Shown here piece by piece: positions 1-9,458 of a DNA stretch of 64,000 bases. The translations under genes and the position numbers were made by a program. The first letter of the stretch is position 1; the number at the start of each line of letters is the position of its first letter. Below the pieces are notes generated by a model, which saw only the letters and a list, made by a program, of their open reading frames with translations, was not told the DNA's origin and did not search any database. Source of the stretch: a virus (lineage: Duplodnaviria > Caudoviricetes); IMG/VR virus record IMGVR_UViG_3300045580_000473, positions 59,274 through 123,273 of that record. One strand, written 5' to 3'.

Positions 1-2912
1 ATCTGCAGCCCGATCTTGTAGTCGATATCGGGGTGCTCTTCGCGGTACTTGTAGAAGTTGTACAGGGCGATAGACACGGCATCTGCCACGCCACCTTGAA
101 TCGGGAAGTTCTGAGCCTGTCGCTCCTGTTCGCCGCGGATCGCCCTGTCGTTAGACGGGACGAACCGACGGAAGCGGCCATAAGGCCCGACAATAAAGCC
201 GGGGTCCTGCGACCGTTCACGGCACTCGGCTAAGAATGATTTGGTGCGAGGATACGAAGCGAAGTAAGCCTCGATCATCGCCTGACATTCTTCGGCCGAG
301 ACCTCTACACCTTCTTCTTTGCATTGCCGAGCCAGAGCTTCAGCACCGCGGCCGTACGGGATACCGAAGTTCACGTTTTTGGCCGCGATTCGTAAGCCCT
401 TCTTGCCGGCTTTCTCCAGCCCCTTCTTGGTGGGCTCGACGTCCGTGATATTAAACGTCTTAATCGCCTGCTGGCTGTGGATGTCGTAATGATCCGGGTG
501 ACTCTCTGGTAAGAGGTTTCGCCGGATGTGTTCGATCATCGCCTTGTCTTGGCTCAACCACGCGAGGACCGCCAGTTCCGCACCAGTGAGGTCTGTTTCG
601 ATACCGACATGCCCCTCCGGTACACGTAAGATAGATCGGACGGGGTGCGTGTACTGATCTTGGAGGATTCTGGCGTAATCGTTTTCTCGTCTGGACGAGA
701 GGTTCTGCAAAGGCGGGCGTGACGAAGAAGCCCGCCCTGTTTCCTTCGTTTGGAAAAAGTGCGTACGTACTCGACCGTCGGCGTGAACACAACCGACAAT
801 GCCCTTTTCATAAACGAAATTGTCGTTTTCATCCGTGGCAAAATCTCCCTCTTCCGTGACGTTGGGCTTGCGGAGCACGGACTGCAAAACCTGACTGATG
901 AACTTGTAGTCTCTGATTTTTGCCGCAGTGCTATTAATATGCCCGAGAATGCCAAGACTTTCTTTGTCGGTGCTCGGGACGGCTGTGTCGGGGTTCACGC
1001 CCCGCCAGCTTAACTCATTCCAGAGTACCGGCCGCTTACCCGTAGTCTTCACAGGCCGCAGGTTGAGCAGCATCGCCCCTTCTGGCACAGTTGGCGAGTT
1101 GGTGTACCGGCCCGAGAAGCGTGTCCCGAACAGAGCCACCGACAACTGCGGCTGGCTTTTGGGATTAAAATCCGGCCAGTTCAGTTCTTCACGAATCTCC
1201 GCCAGCAGACGGTCCTGCGTGTTCATGAACAGCGTCGTCAGTTCATCGGCCCGGGTGCGGTCAACCACGAGCCCGGTCAGTTCCATTTCCAGAAATGCCA
1301 GCGACGCATTGTGGGCTGTCCAGTACGGCAGCCAGCAATCAAGGCCACGCTGATCTTTAGCCAGCAGGCCGTCACGCCCATTGGTGCCGTAGAACCGCAT
1401 CATGATCCGCCGGGTGACGTCAACGTCGTAATTGCCGTACGGGTGCAGGATGTAGGCAGGGCACTCCCCGTAGCCGCCCACCTCGCCGGCCTTGAGCTTG
1501 TTGTCAGCCCGGTGCCGCTTAATCCACGCGTTCAGTTCGTCCCAATACGTGGGAGCGGCCGTGAACCGGAGTGAACAGGCGTCGAGACCGAAACGGGCAC
1601 ACTCGTTAACGGCGTGATACATGAGACTTGTATCCCAACCGCCGCGGGTACGATCGTCGGGGTCGGCGGACGGAGCGTACTCCGGGCGTACATCCACCCC
1701 AAAATCAATAAGCCATGGCAAGTCAGCACGGAAAAAGTGGCCGCCCACACGGACGTGCCGTTCGGGCGTGCTTTTAAGAAGCCGCGTGAGGTGCTTCTTT
1801 GCGGCTTCAAGATTCGGCTTGAACGCCTCTGCCCCTCCTTGGTGACGTAAAACAACGGTACGAGCCCACCTGTCTTTGTTGGAGATTTGGATCGTCCGTA
1901 AATACGCCTCGGGCTCGGTCGGGTAGTCCCCGTGCCACTCGCAGTCGATAGCGATTATGTTGGCATTAGGGTCCGGGTCCGCCAGCATTTCATCGACAAC
2001 AGCCGCAAGAGCGTCTTCGGTGTAGATGTCGGCGTGATCGACTTCTTCCTCAGCCTGCTCGCGGTTATTGATGAGGTCCTTGAAGCGGGCCATCTGGCCG
2101 CTGAAGTCCTCGTACATCTCGGGCTTACGGGCTACGTAGGCCGGATGCATGATGGACATGACCTTGACGTCACGCTCGTTGCCCTCGGCGTCATACACCT
2201 TGAGCGTCGTGGAGCGGCCGGCCAAATCAGACACGCTCTTGGTAGTGTTGAGCACGGCCTTGGTGGCCTCGTTGCCCAGACACAGGATGTAGTCGGGCTG
2301 CACGAGCCTGATTTCCTGCTGCAAGAGCACGGCACAGTTTTTAATCCACGCCGCGGGGACAGCAGGAGTATCAGGCGTCGGCGTGCCGAACTTGCACGCA
2401 AACGTGACGTACCACTCCATGTACTCTTCGCGGTCGATGTCGTTGTCCCGCAGGGCCCGGAAGAACGGAATCATGCCCTGCCCCACAACGGCACTCTGCT
2501 CGCTGATTTCCTTGGGGCCGGGAATCTTGCCGACAACCATGATGCGAGCCCGCTTAGGCCCAAAGACAGGGTTATCGCCCTCGCCGTACTTCATCACGTG
2601 CCCGGGCAAGAAATACACGATCTCCGGGCCATGCTTGAGCAAAATCGGCATGCTGAACGTCGGGTCATACAACGCCCGCCGATACAGATGCTCAAGCTTC
2701 TCACCAACCGGTATAGTCTTTTTCTTCACAGCAGTCGCTAACTCGGCGTCGTCGCCAAGGTCGATTGCGTGAGCAATAAAGTCGGCTCCCGCGGGGGGCA
2801 TGCCGACAGCATCTAGCGGAACCATCGGGTAGAGGTCCGCGGTTAACTCTGCACCAGAGTTGTCATAGATTACTTGGGCATGCCTGTGCAGCAGGGATAC
2901 CGAAGACGACAT
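1..2912 (-). CDS. polA: DNA polymerase family A with N-terminal uracil-DNA-glycosylase-like domain and 3'-5' exonuclease (3' end beyond window)
   Basis: Hand translation of segments from ATG at 2912, all in one frame to base 1 (absent from the ORF track because it has no stop in the window). UDG-like IMVVGKIPGPKE...LQQEIRLVQPDYILCLG...HPAY; ExoI IAIDCEW; TGRASSSRPPLQNL; motif A DLTGAEL; motif B RIAAKNVNFGIPYG; NFPIQG; ends at GLQI, where motif C begins. Confidence 0.95.
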   Translation of the reverse strand, partial: MSSSVSLLHRHAQVIYDNSGAELTADLYPMVPLDAVGMPPAGADFIAHAIDLGDDAELATAVKKKTIPVGEKLEHLYRRALYDPTFSMPILLKHGPEIVYFLPGHVMKYGEGDNPVFGPKRARIMVVGKIPGPKEISEQSAVVGQGMIPFFRALRDNDIDREEYMEWYVTFACKFGTPTPDTPAVPAAWIKNCAVLLQQEIRLVQPDYILCLGNEATKAVLNTTKSVSDLAGRSTTLKVYDAEGNERDVKVMSIMHPAYVARKPEMYEDFSGQMARFKDLINNREQAEEEVDHADIYTEDALAAVVDEMLADPDPNANIIAIDCEWHGDYPTEPEAYLRTIQISNKDRWARTVVLRHQGGAEAFKPNLEAAKKHLTRLLKSTPERHVRVGGHFFRADLPWLIDFGVDVRPEYAPSADPDDRTRGGWDTSLMYHAVNECARFGLDACSLRFTAAPTYWDELNAWIKRHRADNKLKAGEVGGYGECPAYILHPYGNYDVDVTRRIMMRFYGTNGRDGLLAKDQRGLDCWLPYWTAHNASLAFLEMELTGLVVDRTRADELTTLFMNTQDRLLAEIREELNWPDFNPKSQPQLSVALFGTRFSGRYTNSPTVPEGAMLLNLRPVKTTGKRPVLWNELSWRGVNPDTAVPSTDKESLGILGHINSTAAKIRDYKFISQVLQSVLRKPNVTEEGDFATDENDNFVYEKGIVGCVHADGRVRTHFFQTKETGRASSSRPPLQNLSSRRENDYARILQDQYTHPVRSILRVPEGHVGIETDLTGAELAVLAWLSQDKAMIEHIRRNLLPESHPDHYDIHSQQAIKTFNITDVEPTKKGLEKAGKKGLRIAAKNVNFGIPYGRGAEALARQCKEEGVEVSAEECQAMIEAYFASYPRTKSFLAECRERSQDPGFIVGPYGRFRRFVPSNDRAIRGEQERQAQNFPIQGGVADAVSIALYNFYKYREEHPDIDYKIGLQ

Positions 2913-2915
2913 GGT

Positions 2916-3989
2916 TCACCGTAAAAATGATAGATCAGCCGTCACGCCAACAGCGGCGGCGGCTTCCGACAAGATGTCGAACAGGTCGGCCCGAGAGTAG
3001 TCCGCGGGATCGCGGGCGTCGGGCAGAATCACAGGCACTACCTTGAGGTTATGCTGGCAGAGTTGCATAACGACCTGTTCCAACTCCTTTTGGGCGTCGC
3101 AGTCTAGCATGACGAACACAGGCTTTCCAGCCCACGTTGTCGCGATTGTGTTTTCCTGCCAATGCGACAACGTCTTGCCGAACAAGCACACCCCAGCTTT
3201 CCCAATTCGCCAGACACTCGGGGCACCTTCGACAAGCACAACCAGTTCTTCTTTCGCCGCGACGTCGTAGTTGTACAACGCACGGCTTTTATGGCCCTGC
3301 GTGTAGTACTTGATTTCGCCCTTATTCGCCTCCCGGGGAAGCCGACCCTGCCACGTCATCAATTTGTTGTTGAAATACGCCGGAATAAATATCCGACCAT
3401 TCATGATGCGATAACGGGGCACAGCGTCTACGCAGACGCCAACACGAAAAACTTCCGAAAGCTCCCGCACATCAAATCCACGACCAGTCAAATACTCAAT
3501 CGCGGGATGGTGATCGGGAAGTGTTTCCAGCGGCAAGATCGTACCGGGAAAGTCCAGCGTCTCATTCAAGTCTGGAAGCACGCCCTGTCGAATCACCACA
3601 TTGCGGCGAATCGGCGTTCCCGGGCCGAAAATCAGGTCCTCAAGCTGCGACGCCCGACCCTCAACTTCAAGGCAATGGTTGCGATAGCAGTGGGCGAGAT
3701 ACGTGTCGTTTCGCCTACCGGTTTTCGGATTACAGGTCGCCCCGTAAAGATGATTAATCCAGAGCTTGAAGTTTGTCTCTCGGCAGAACGGGCAACAAAC
3801 GCAGTAATATTCGCCCCAGCAGTGCGACCGTGTCACAATCTTGCCGGTGCGGGGGTCTTCAAAACGCTGAATGCGAGCAGACGTGCCGGCATTTGCAATT
3901 CTGACTTCCCCGAATTTGTGCTCCAGCAAAGCATAGAGCGTCGGGTTCAACGGATTGACACTCGGCCCCAATGGCTGAGTCATCGTCAT
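2916..3989 (-). CDS. DNA primase (Zn finger + TOPRIM)
   Basis: CPFC...HCYRNHC zinc-binding region, YLTGRGF, WQGR, TOPRIM LVEG and DCD, DPAD; lies next to the helicase and polymerase. Confidence 0.85.
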   Translation of the reverse strand: MTMTQPLGPSVNPLNPTLYALLEHKFGEVRIANAGTSARIQRFEDPRTGKIVTRSHCWGEYYCVCCPFCRETNFKLWINHLYGATCNPKTGRRNDTYLAHCYRNHCLEVEGRASQLEDLIFGPGTPIRRNVVIRQGVLPDLNETLDFPGTILPLETLPDHHPAIEYLTGRGFDVRELSEVFRVGVCVDAVPRYRIMNGRIFIPAYFNNKLMTWQGRLPREANKGEIKYYTQGHKSRALYNYDVAAKEELVVLVEGAPSVWRIGKAGVCLFGKTLSHWQENTIATTWAGKPVFVMLDCDAQKELEQVVMQLCQHNLKVVPVILPDARDPADYSRADLFDILSEAAAAVGVTADLSFLR

Positions 3990-3997
3990 AAATACTC

Positions 3998-5704
3998 CTA
4001 TGACAGCAGGTCCTGACCAAACGTATCAACCGCCGGCATGACGCGGCGGCGGGGACCAGCGGCGGACGGGGCAACCACAGCATTGTTATGCGACGTGGGC
4101 CCCATTTCGCCCTTGAGCATGATCTTCTTGGCCAACTCATTGATGTAGTACGTGTCGTCGACAGACTGCACGTCTACCACATGGTTATTAATCTGCACCA
4201 GCCCGAACGGCGAAGCCGGCCGGCCGAAGCGAATCTTGGACCAGTAGATTGTCGACACGAAACATTCTGGGTCGGGCTTGTTCAAGCACATGCAGGCGTG
4301 CAGGTTCTCGGCAAACGCCTTGGACCCTTGAGCATCAGCGTGACTCACATGTCGATAGGACGGAATACTCTTGATATCGCCCTGTGCCAACTGATGGGCG
4401 ATGATAATCGTGCATCCCAGCGGAATCGCCACCTTGGTTTTAAGCTCGTCAGGCAGATTCTGGAGTTGCCGCCAAATTTGCTCCTGATACTTCGCGGCGG
4501 CATTCTGAGCCATTTCACGGTTAACCATCGGGCCGGCGTAATCGAGGCACACCAGACCGATTTTCTTGCCCGTCTGCTCGGTCAGGTTGGTGAGCGTCAT
4601 AGCCACTTCGTCTACGCCGCCGTTTCCTCGCCCGCCCGTTTCAGGGTTAGCCGAAAAATCGAGAAACGCGAAGTTGTTGTTGTACCACGCCTGCACCGCC
4701 GCCCAGCGTTCACGCTCGCCCAGCATCACCTCCGCATTAGCATTGATAGCCAACTCCCGCTCATACGGTTTGAGGTTGTCAGACGTTGAAAGCTGCTCCC
4801 AAAACTGTTCTTTCGTTTTGTTGATAAAAGCTTCACGTTCAATGTGGGCTGCAGCCGAATAAAGGCTGTAGTTCACCTTTAGTGCACCGTCCTCATAGCT
4901 GATGTAGACGGCCAAGGTGTCAGGATTGTGAATCGCGTATTGTTGGGCCATACGGACGGCAATCACGCTGAGCATGGTCGTCTTGCCGCCGGAGTACGGG
5001 CCCAGAACACCGATCAGGTCACCCGGCCGGAATCCGCCGATATAGTTGTCAATCCACGCGATCCCTGTCGGCACCGGGCTTGGTGGCAGCAAAATGTCGT
5101 CGCCATGGTCGGGCATCAAAGCGGAGTTCACCGCCTCGTTACCCAAATGCCGAACGGCCTGAGCCCGTGTGTTGAACTGCTGCAGCAACGCAGAGAACTC
5201 CCGGGGTGAAGTGTTCTCGTCGCTGTAGCCCACCAGCCGCTGCAGTTCCTGTTTCACCATTCTGGCGTTTAAGAACCGCTTCAGGATGCTTTCCAGATAC
5301 TGTCGCTCTGCCCGCAGTTCCTCTTTGGTCAGCGGCTGAGCCGGTATGGCAAACGCATCGTCAATAAACCCCGTCGTCTCATCGCCGAACAGGAATGATG
5401 AATCAGCCTCGTTCATGCTGATCAGGTTTCGCTCGGCCATCGACATGATCTCGGTCAAGAACATGTCCTTCGTGACCACACCGTCGTGACGTTTATGAAG
5501 CATAATGTGAATGTCCATAAACGTCCGCAACGGCGATTCGTTCCGCCCGTAGAGATGCTCCGGGGATAGGCCCGTTCGCAGAGCGGATTTCAGCACGTTC
5601 GAAAACCGAACTAACCCCCGCACCATCGACTTGATCTCATTGAACGTCAGCGGGGCGTCGTCCAACGGGCGAGTGTCGTCGCCAAAGGTCTGTACACTAG
5701 CCAC
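3998..5704 (-). CDS. DnaB-like replicative helicase
   Basis: Walker A GPYSGGKTT, YISYED, LDYAG, IIAHQL; PTGIAWIDNYIGGFRPGDL precedes the P-loop. Confidence 0.85.
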   Translation of the reverse strand: MASVQTFGDDTRPLDDAPLTFNEIKSMVRGLVRFSNVLKSALRTGLSPEHLYGRNESPLRTFMDIHIMLHKRHDGVVTKDMFLTEIMSMAERNLISMNEADSSFLFGDETTGFIDDAFAIPAQPLTKEELRAERQYLESILKRFLNARMVKQELQRLVGYSDENTSPREFSALLQQFNTRAQAVRHLGNEAVNSALMPDHGDDILLPPSPVPTGIAWIDNYIGGFRPGDLIGVLGPYSGGKTTMLSVIAVRMAQQYAIHNPDTLAVYISYEDGALKVNYSLYSAAAHIEREAFINKTKEQFWEQLSTSDNLKPYERELAINANAEVMLGERERWAAVQAWYNNNFAFLDFSANPETGGRGNGGVDEVAMTLTNLTEQTGKKIGLVCLDYAGPMVNREMAQNAAAKYQEQIWRQLQNLPDELKTKVAIPLGCTIIIAHQLAQGDIKSIPSYRHVSHADAQGSKAFAENLHACMCLNKPDPECFVSTIYWSKIRFGRPASPFGLVQINNHVVDVQSVDDTYYINELAKKIMLKGEMGPTSHNNAVVAPSAAGPRRRVMPAVDTFGQDLLS

Positions 5705-6404
5705 GATATTCCCTCCAATGCTGCCGCAGCCAAATCACAACTCTTTTAAGCTCGTCGGTAAGCAGCCACTCGAAGTTTTCGTGACTCGCTATAAATCCAT
5801 CGTACATCGGCTGCTCGATCTCGTAATCAACGGCAGCTTGTACAGCAAACCGTTTCACGGCTCGCCGGCACCTCATTTCAGACGAGAACGCGTGCCGCAA
5901 AAACGGCGTGGCGTTTACGTGGGTCGTATCACAGGCGACTAAAAGAAATCGGTCGTCAGCGTCTATTCCCAACGGAGCCAAAATCTTGAACCGGGTGTCG
6001 AGCGACGATTCTGCCGACAGAAACCTCGCCATAAACCGGTCGTCGAAGTTTGCCGCGTAATCGTTGTATATTTCAATTGAGTGATTGTTGTTTAAAAGTT
6101 CGGGGCGGGTGGCAATAAGCCCCTTGCCCTGAGCGATCCGAGAGGCGGTGATCGACGGAGAGAAATGAGCCGCCACCCACATGCCGGGATTTGCGTTGCA
6201 AAAACGGATGCGGTCAGCAATGAGCTTCCAGATGCTTTTATGCCGGACGCCCTTGTTGTCTTTCCCGCCGTCCCAATGGATTCGTGGCCGCGTCTGAGCG
6301 TCAGCCTCCCAGTCCTTCACCCCCTCCCGCATGTAAATAAACAGGTAGCGGATGTAGGCTTCTAACTGAGCCGGCTCTAGGTGCTGATACCAATCATGGC
6401 TCAA
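5697..6404 (-). CDS. hypothetical replication-module protein
   Basis: ORF between the two helicases; probable TTG start at 6404 with GGAGGA Shine-Dalgarno. Confidence 0.65.
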   Translation of the reverse strand: MSHDWYQHLEPAQLEAYIRYLFIYMREGVKDWEADAQTRPRIHWDGGKDNKGVRHKSIWKLIADRIRFCNANPGMWVAAHFSPSITASRIAQGKGLIATRPELLNNNHSIEIYNDYAANFDDRFMARFLSAESSLDTRFKILAPLGIDADDRFLLVACDTTHVNATPFLRHAFSSEMRCRRAVKRFAVQAAVDYEIEQPMYDGFIASHENFEWLLTDELKRVVIWLRQHWREYRG

Positions 6405-8964
6405 TAATTCCTCCGCGGCCCGCTTGCGTCCGCCAACTCCTTGCAGCTTCATTCCAGTTTTGCTCCCAGCCCAACAGTTTGTAGCTATCGCGGCGGCCTG
6501 AGCTTTTGCGATAGAACGTTGGGTCAAAGGTGTCCATGCAGTCAATAACTTCGCCGTATTCTTTCACTTTGCCTTCCGGTGACGTGTACATACGGCTGAC
6601 ACGGCCCGGGCCCTGCACGTCGACAATATCGCTGTCCCGATCGTCGGCACGAACGAGTACGTTTAACTGCTCAAAGTCAACGCCGGTAGACCAAACGTCC
6701 GTGGCAATCACTCTCCGCAGCGTGCCCTGCTCGAACGCCGACCGCATGTCGTGCTTCTGTACGTCCGTCAGCGGCTTGTAATCAGCCGGCAGCAAGCGTT
6801 GCCGCTTGTACGCCGTGCAGTCATACGGAGCCATCTGCGAATACATTAGCGTGAACTCGGGTAAGAGTGAGCCGAGGTGCACAGCGTGCTCGATCGTCTC
6901 GACCAGAATCAGAATCTGGTAGTCGTCAGGGTATTCGCGAACGGCTTCGGCAATGATGCTGTTGCGAGCATGATTGGTCCAAATGCCGTATCGCTTCTTG
7001 GCGACGCGGTGCTTGTACCTCTCCGCAGGGTTGTGTGTCAAGCGGATTGGCAGCCACTTCACCTGCACCGGCACCACGAGGCCCAGTTCAACCGCCTGCT
7101 GATACGGGAGGTCGAAGATCATGGGGCCGAACAACGGCTCCAGAATCGCGTGAGCGTTGTCCATGCGGGCATACGGCGTAGCCGACATCCCGAAATTCCG
7201 AGAATTGCGATACCGTGCCGCGAGAGCCGTAGAAAAGTTAACAGTGGCAAGCTGGTGAACCTCGTCGGCAAACATGAAGTCAGCGTCGCCGTCAGCGTGC
7301 TGAAGACTGCCGGCGGTGATCACCGTCACGCGTTCACGCTGTTTCCAGCCATCGCCGATCATGCCAACCTTGGGCACGAACCGCCGCAGGCTTCGCACAA
7401 TACGCTCAGCCACATCGACGCTCTTGGTAATGACGTCAATACGGGCGTCAGGGAAGAGTTGCGATGCGGCACCAATCAGGGTTGTATTATGCGTGACCGT
7501 ATAATCTTTCGTCACGTATAACCCGTCATCAGCAGACACTGAAATACATACGCATGGTTCTTGTCCAACCGGGCGAACGGCTGTAATCGCTTTTGTTTTG
7601 CCCTGTTTAGTTTTGCCTCGCCACAGGTTGGCTTTTCTGGGCAGCCAAAAAGGATTCACCGGCAAATTAACGGCAACGCGATAATACGTCTTGCCGGGCT
7701 GCGACGTATACGTCTGCTCTTTAACGCGAGTTACGCCGCCTAAAGAACGGACAAGCTCGCAGACGTCTTCGGCTAATTGCTTGGACGCCACGGCACCAAA
7801 TTCAACATGGTACTGATTTTTACGCACAGTGCCGTCTGTGTCCATCAAACCGCGTAATAACTCTAACCGCTGTTCGTAACTGGCGTATTTGTAGCAGGCT
7901 GGGATTTTCTTGTCTTTCGACAGCACGCATACACCAAGTGCATTCAATGCCGTTTTAAGAGAGTTTTCGTTCTTTTTCATGCCGTGCGTTATTCGCCAGT
8001 CATACTGAGCGATATACCGCACGGCAAGCCCTAACGGCTGAACAAGGCTGTCAACCCGGTCAATTATTTCGCGATCGGCTGAACTAAATCGAATGCTAGT
8101 TTGAGTTAACCCGCCGTCGCCAAGCAATACGCCCAGCAAATACGGATCAACCGGCAATACTCGTTGCTGAAAGTGAACAGGTTCAACAACAGGCACAAAC
8201 CACTTTGCATTGCCTTGATTGTCGTAAAGATCGTCCGCAATATCGGCAATCTGCACAGTGCAATACGGTTTATCGCGATGCTTTTGTGCCTTTGTGCGTA
8301 CGTTCCATAAATGCTCTCGGCAGCATCGGACTGTTGTGCGATCAGAAAATTCAACTTCAACGACGTCTTTAACGCCTTGCGGATATACGCCAGTTACCTC
8401 GGTTGGATAACCGTTTGACCCGATAACGTAATCGCCGACTTGAATGCCGCCGATTGGTATCGGGCCAATATCTGTATAAACCGTTTCAGTGATCGGCTGG
8501 GCTTTTCCAAACCCCGTCACGGCTTTAATAATCCCGCACGGAACACGGGCAATAAGTTGCAGGCACTCTTCCTGCCGGGCACGAAATTGAATCTTGTCCG
8601 CCAAATTTTCCCACCGCGGCTCAAAACAAGCTGGCCGCTTTCGCTGCGGGGTGGTGTCGACCAGCGTCAAGTTGCAACCCAGCTTCTTGAGCCGGTTGAC
8701 CATGCGGGCCATGTAGCCCGAGAGCAGCACGACATGGCCGTTCTCAATGCGGTACAGCTTGTACTCGCGGGTCTGGAAGTACAACCGCTGGCCGGTAATC
8801 GGGTTTTTACGCGACTGCCCGTGCAGTTGCTCGACGTGGTCGTACCGAAGGTCACGGGTCAGATACGCGGCAAGGTCTGGATTCAGGGCCGTGCCGCCAG
8901 CACCCGTGATCTTGAGCACGTTGCCAGTCTTATTGATAACGACAGGGTAGCCGGCGAAATTCAT
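6394..8964 (-). CDS. superfamily 2 helicase (UvsW/DEAD-like) containing an intein
   Basis: Q-motif FRARQEE, Walker A VTGFGK|T split by the intein, DEVH, SAT, TDVWSTGVD, QGPGRVSR; probable start MNFAGYP at 8964. Confidence 0.92.
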   Translation of the reverse strand: MNFAGYPVVINKTGNVLKITGAGGTALNPDLAAYLTRDLRYDHVEQLHGQSRKNPITGQRLYFQTREYKLYRIENGHVVLLSGYMARMVNRLKKLGCNLTLVDTTPQRKRPACFEPRWENLADKIQFRARQEECLQLIARVPCGIIKAVTGFGKAQPITETVYTDIGPIPIGGIQVGDYVIGSNGYPTEVTGVYPQGVKDVVEVEFSDRTTVRCCREHLWNVRTKAQKHRDKPYCTVQIADIADDLYDNQGNAKWFVPVVEPVHFQQRVLPVDPYLLGVLLGDGGLTQTSIRFSSADREIIDRVDSLVQPLGLAVRYIAQYDWRITHGMKKNENSLKTALNALGVCVLSKDKKIPACYKYASYEQRLELLRGLMDTDGTVRKNQYHVEFGAVASKQLAEDVCELVRSLGGVTRVKEQTYTSQPGKTYYRVAVNLPVNPFWLPRKANLWRGKTKQGKTKAITAVRPVGQEPCVCISVSADDGLYVTKDYTVTHNTTLIGAASQLFPDARIDVITKSVDVAERIVRSLRRFVPKVGMIGDGWKQRERVTVITAGSLQHADGDADFMFADEVHQLATVNFSTALAARYRNSRNFGMSATPYARMDNAHAILEPLFGPMIFDLPYQQAVELGLVVPVQVKWLPIRLTHNPAERYKHRVAKKRYGIWTNHARNSIIAEAVREYPDDYQILILVETIEHAVHLGSLLPEFTLMYSQMAPYDCTAYKRQRLLPADYKPLTDVQKHDMRSAFEQGTLRRVIATDVWSTGVDFEQLNVLVRADDRDSDIVDVQGPGRVSRMYTSPEGKVKEYGEVIDCMDTFDPTFYRKSSGRRDSYKLLGWEQNWNEAARSWRTQAGRGGIIEP
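7486..8502 (-). mobile_element. class 3 intein (339 aa) with LAGLIDADG homing endonuclease
   Basis: Starts with Ala (GK|AQPITE) and ends THN|T. WCT signature: HLW in block B, PCVCISV in block F, VTHN in block G. LAGLIDADG motifs LLGVLLGDGG and LLRGLMDTDG. Visibly more AT-rich than the flanks. Confidence 0.93.
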
Positions 8965-8965
8965 G

Positions 8966-9457
8966 TTAGTCGAATCCCGGGCCGGCGACCGGTTCGATTG
9001 AAATGACCTCAAACGTTCCATACTTTTCCTGATTATTGTTAAATGGCGAGAACCCCCTGTATTTGCCGACAAGAGTCAGGAGGTGGTTGAAGTCTGCCAA
9101 TGGTATCTCATCCGGGAGCACCGCGGAAACGACAATCGTGTCGCCCGGGCGAAACGCCTCGTGAATGGCGTAGTGGGTCTTCATCCCGTCACCGCTGGGG
9201 GTCAGAATGTTCCGCCGCCAGTCGATGCAGGGCTCGCCAAGAATCACCGGACACCAGTCAATCTTTTTTACGGTTGAATGATGCCGGTTGGCGATTTTAG
9301 ACGCGTATCGCATGCAGGCCAGCCACGCGGCCGACATAAACATGACGCGGCCGCTGGGGTCGCGTTCAAAACAGAACACGGTCTGGCTGTGCCGCCGTTT
9401 TTTCGCCGCCCCTAGGCAGACGCGATTGAACCGCAGATTGATCGTAACTTCTTGCAT
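8966..9457 (-). CDS. putative RAMP/Cas7-like (RRM-fold) protein
   Basis: N-terminal strand VTINLRFNRVCLG, FERDPSGRVMF..AAWLACMR helix, HEAFRPGDTI, and C-terminal G-rich loop GKYRGFSP...YGTFEV. Confidence 0.5.
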   Translation of the reverse strand: MQEVTINLRFNRVCLGAAKKRRHSQTVFCFERDPSGRVMFMSAAWLACMRYASKIANRHHSTVKKIDWCPVILGEPCIDWRRNILTPSGDGMKTHYAIHEAFRPGDTIVVSAVLPDEIPLADFNHLLTLVGKYRGFSPFNNNQEKYGTFEVISIEPVAGPGFD

Positions 9458-9458
9458 G

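Noticed and set aside
33-2772. + strand ORFs over the left end (e.g. 1932-2741)
   Set aside because: They are antisense shadows of the minus-strand polymerase, which carries all the recognisable motifs.
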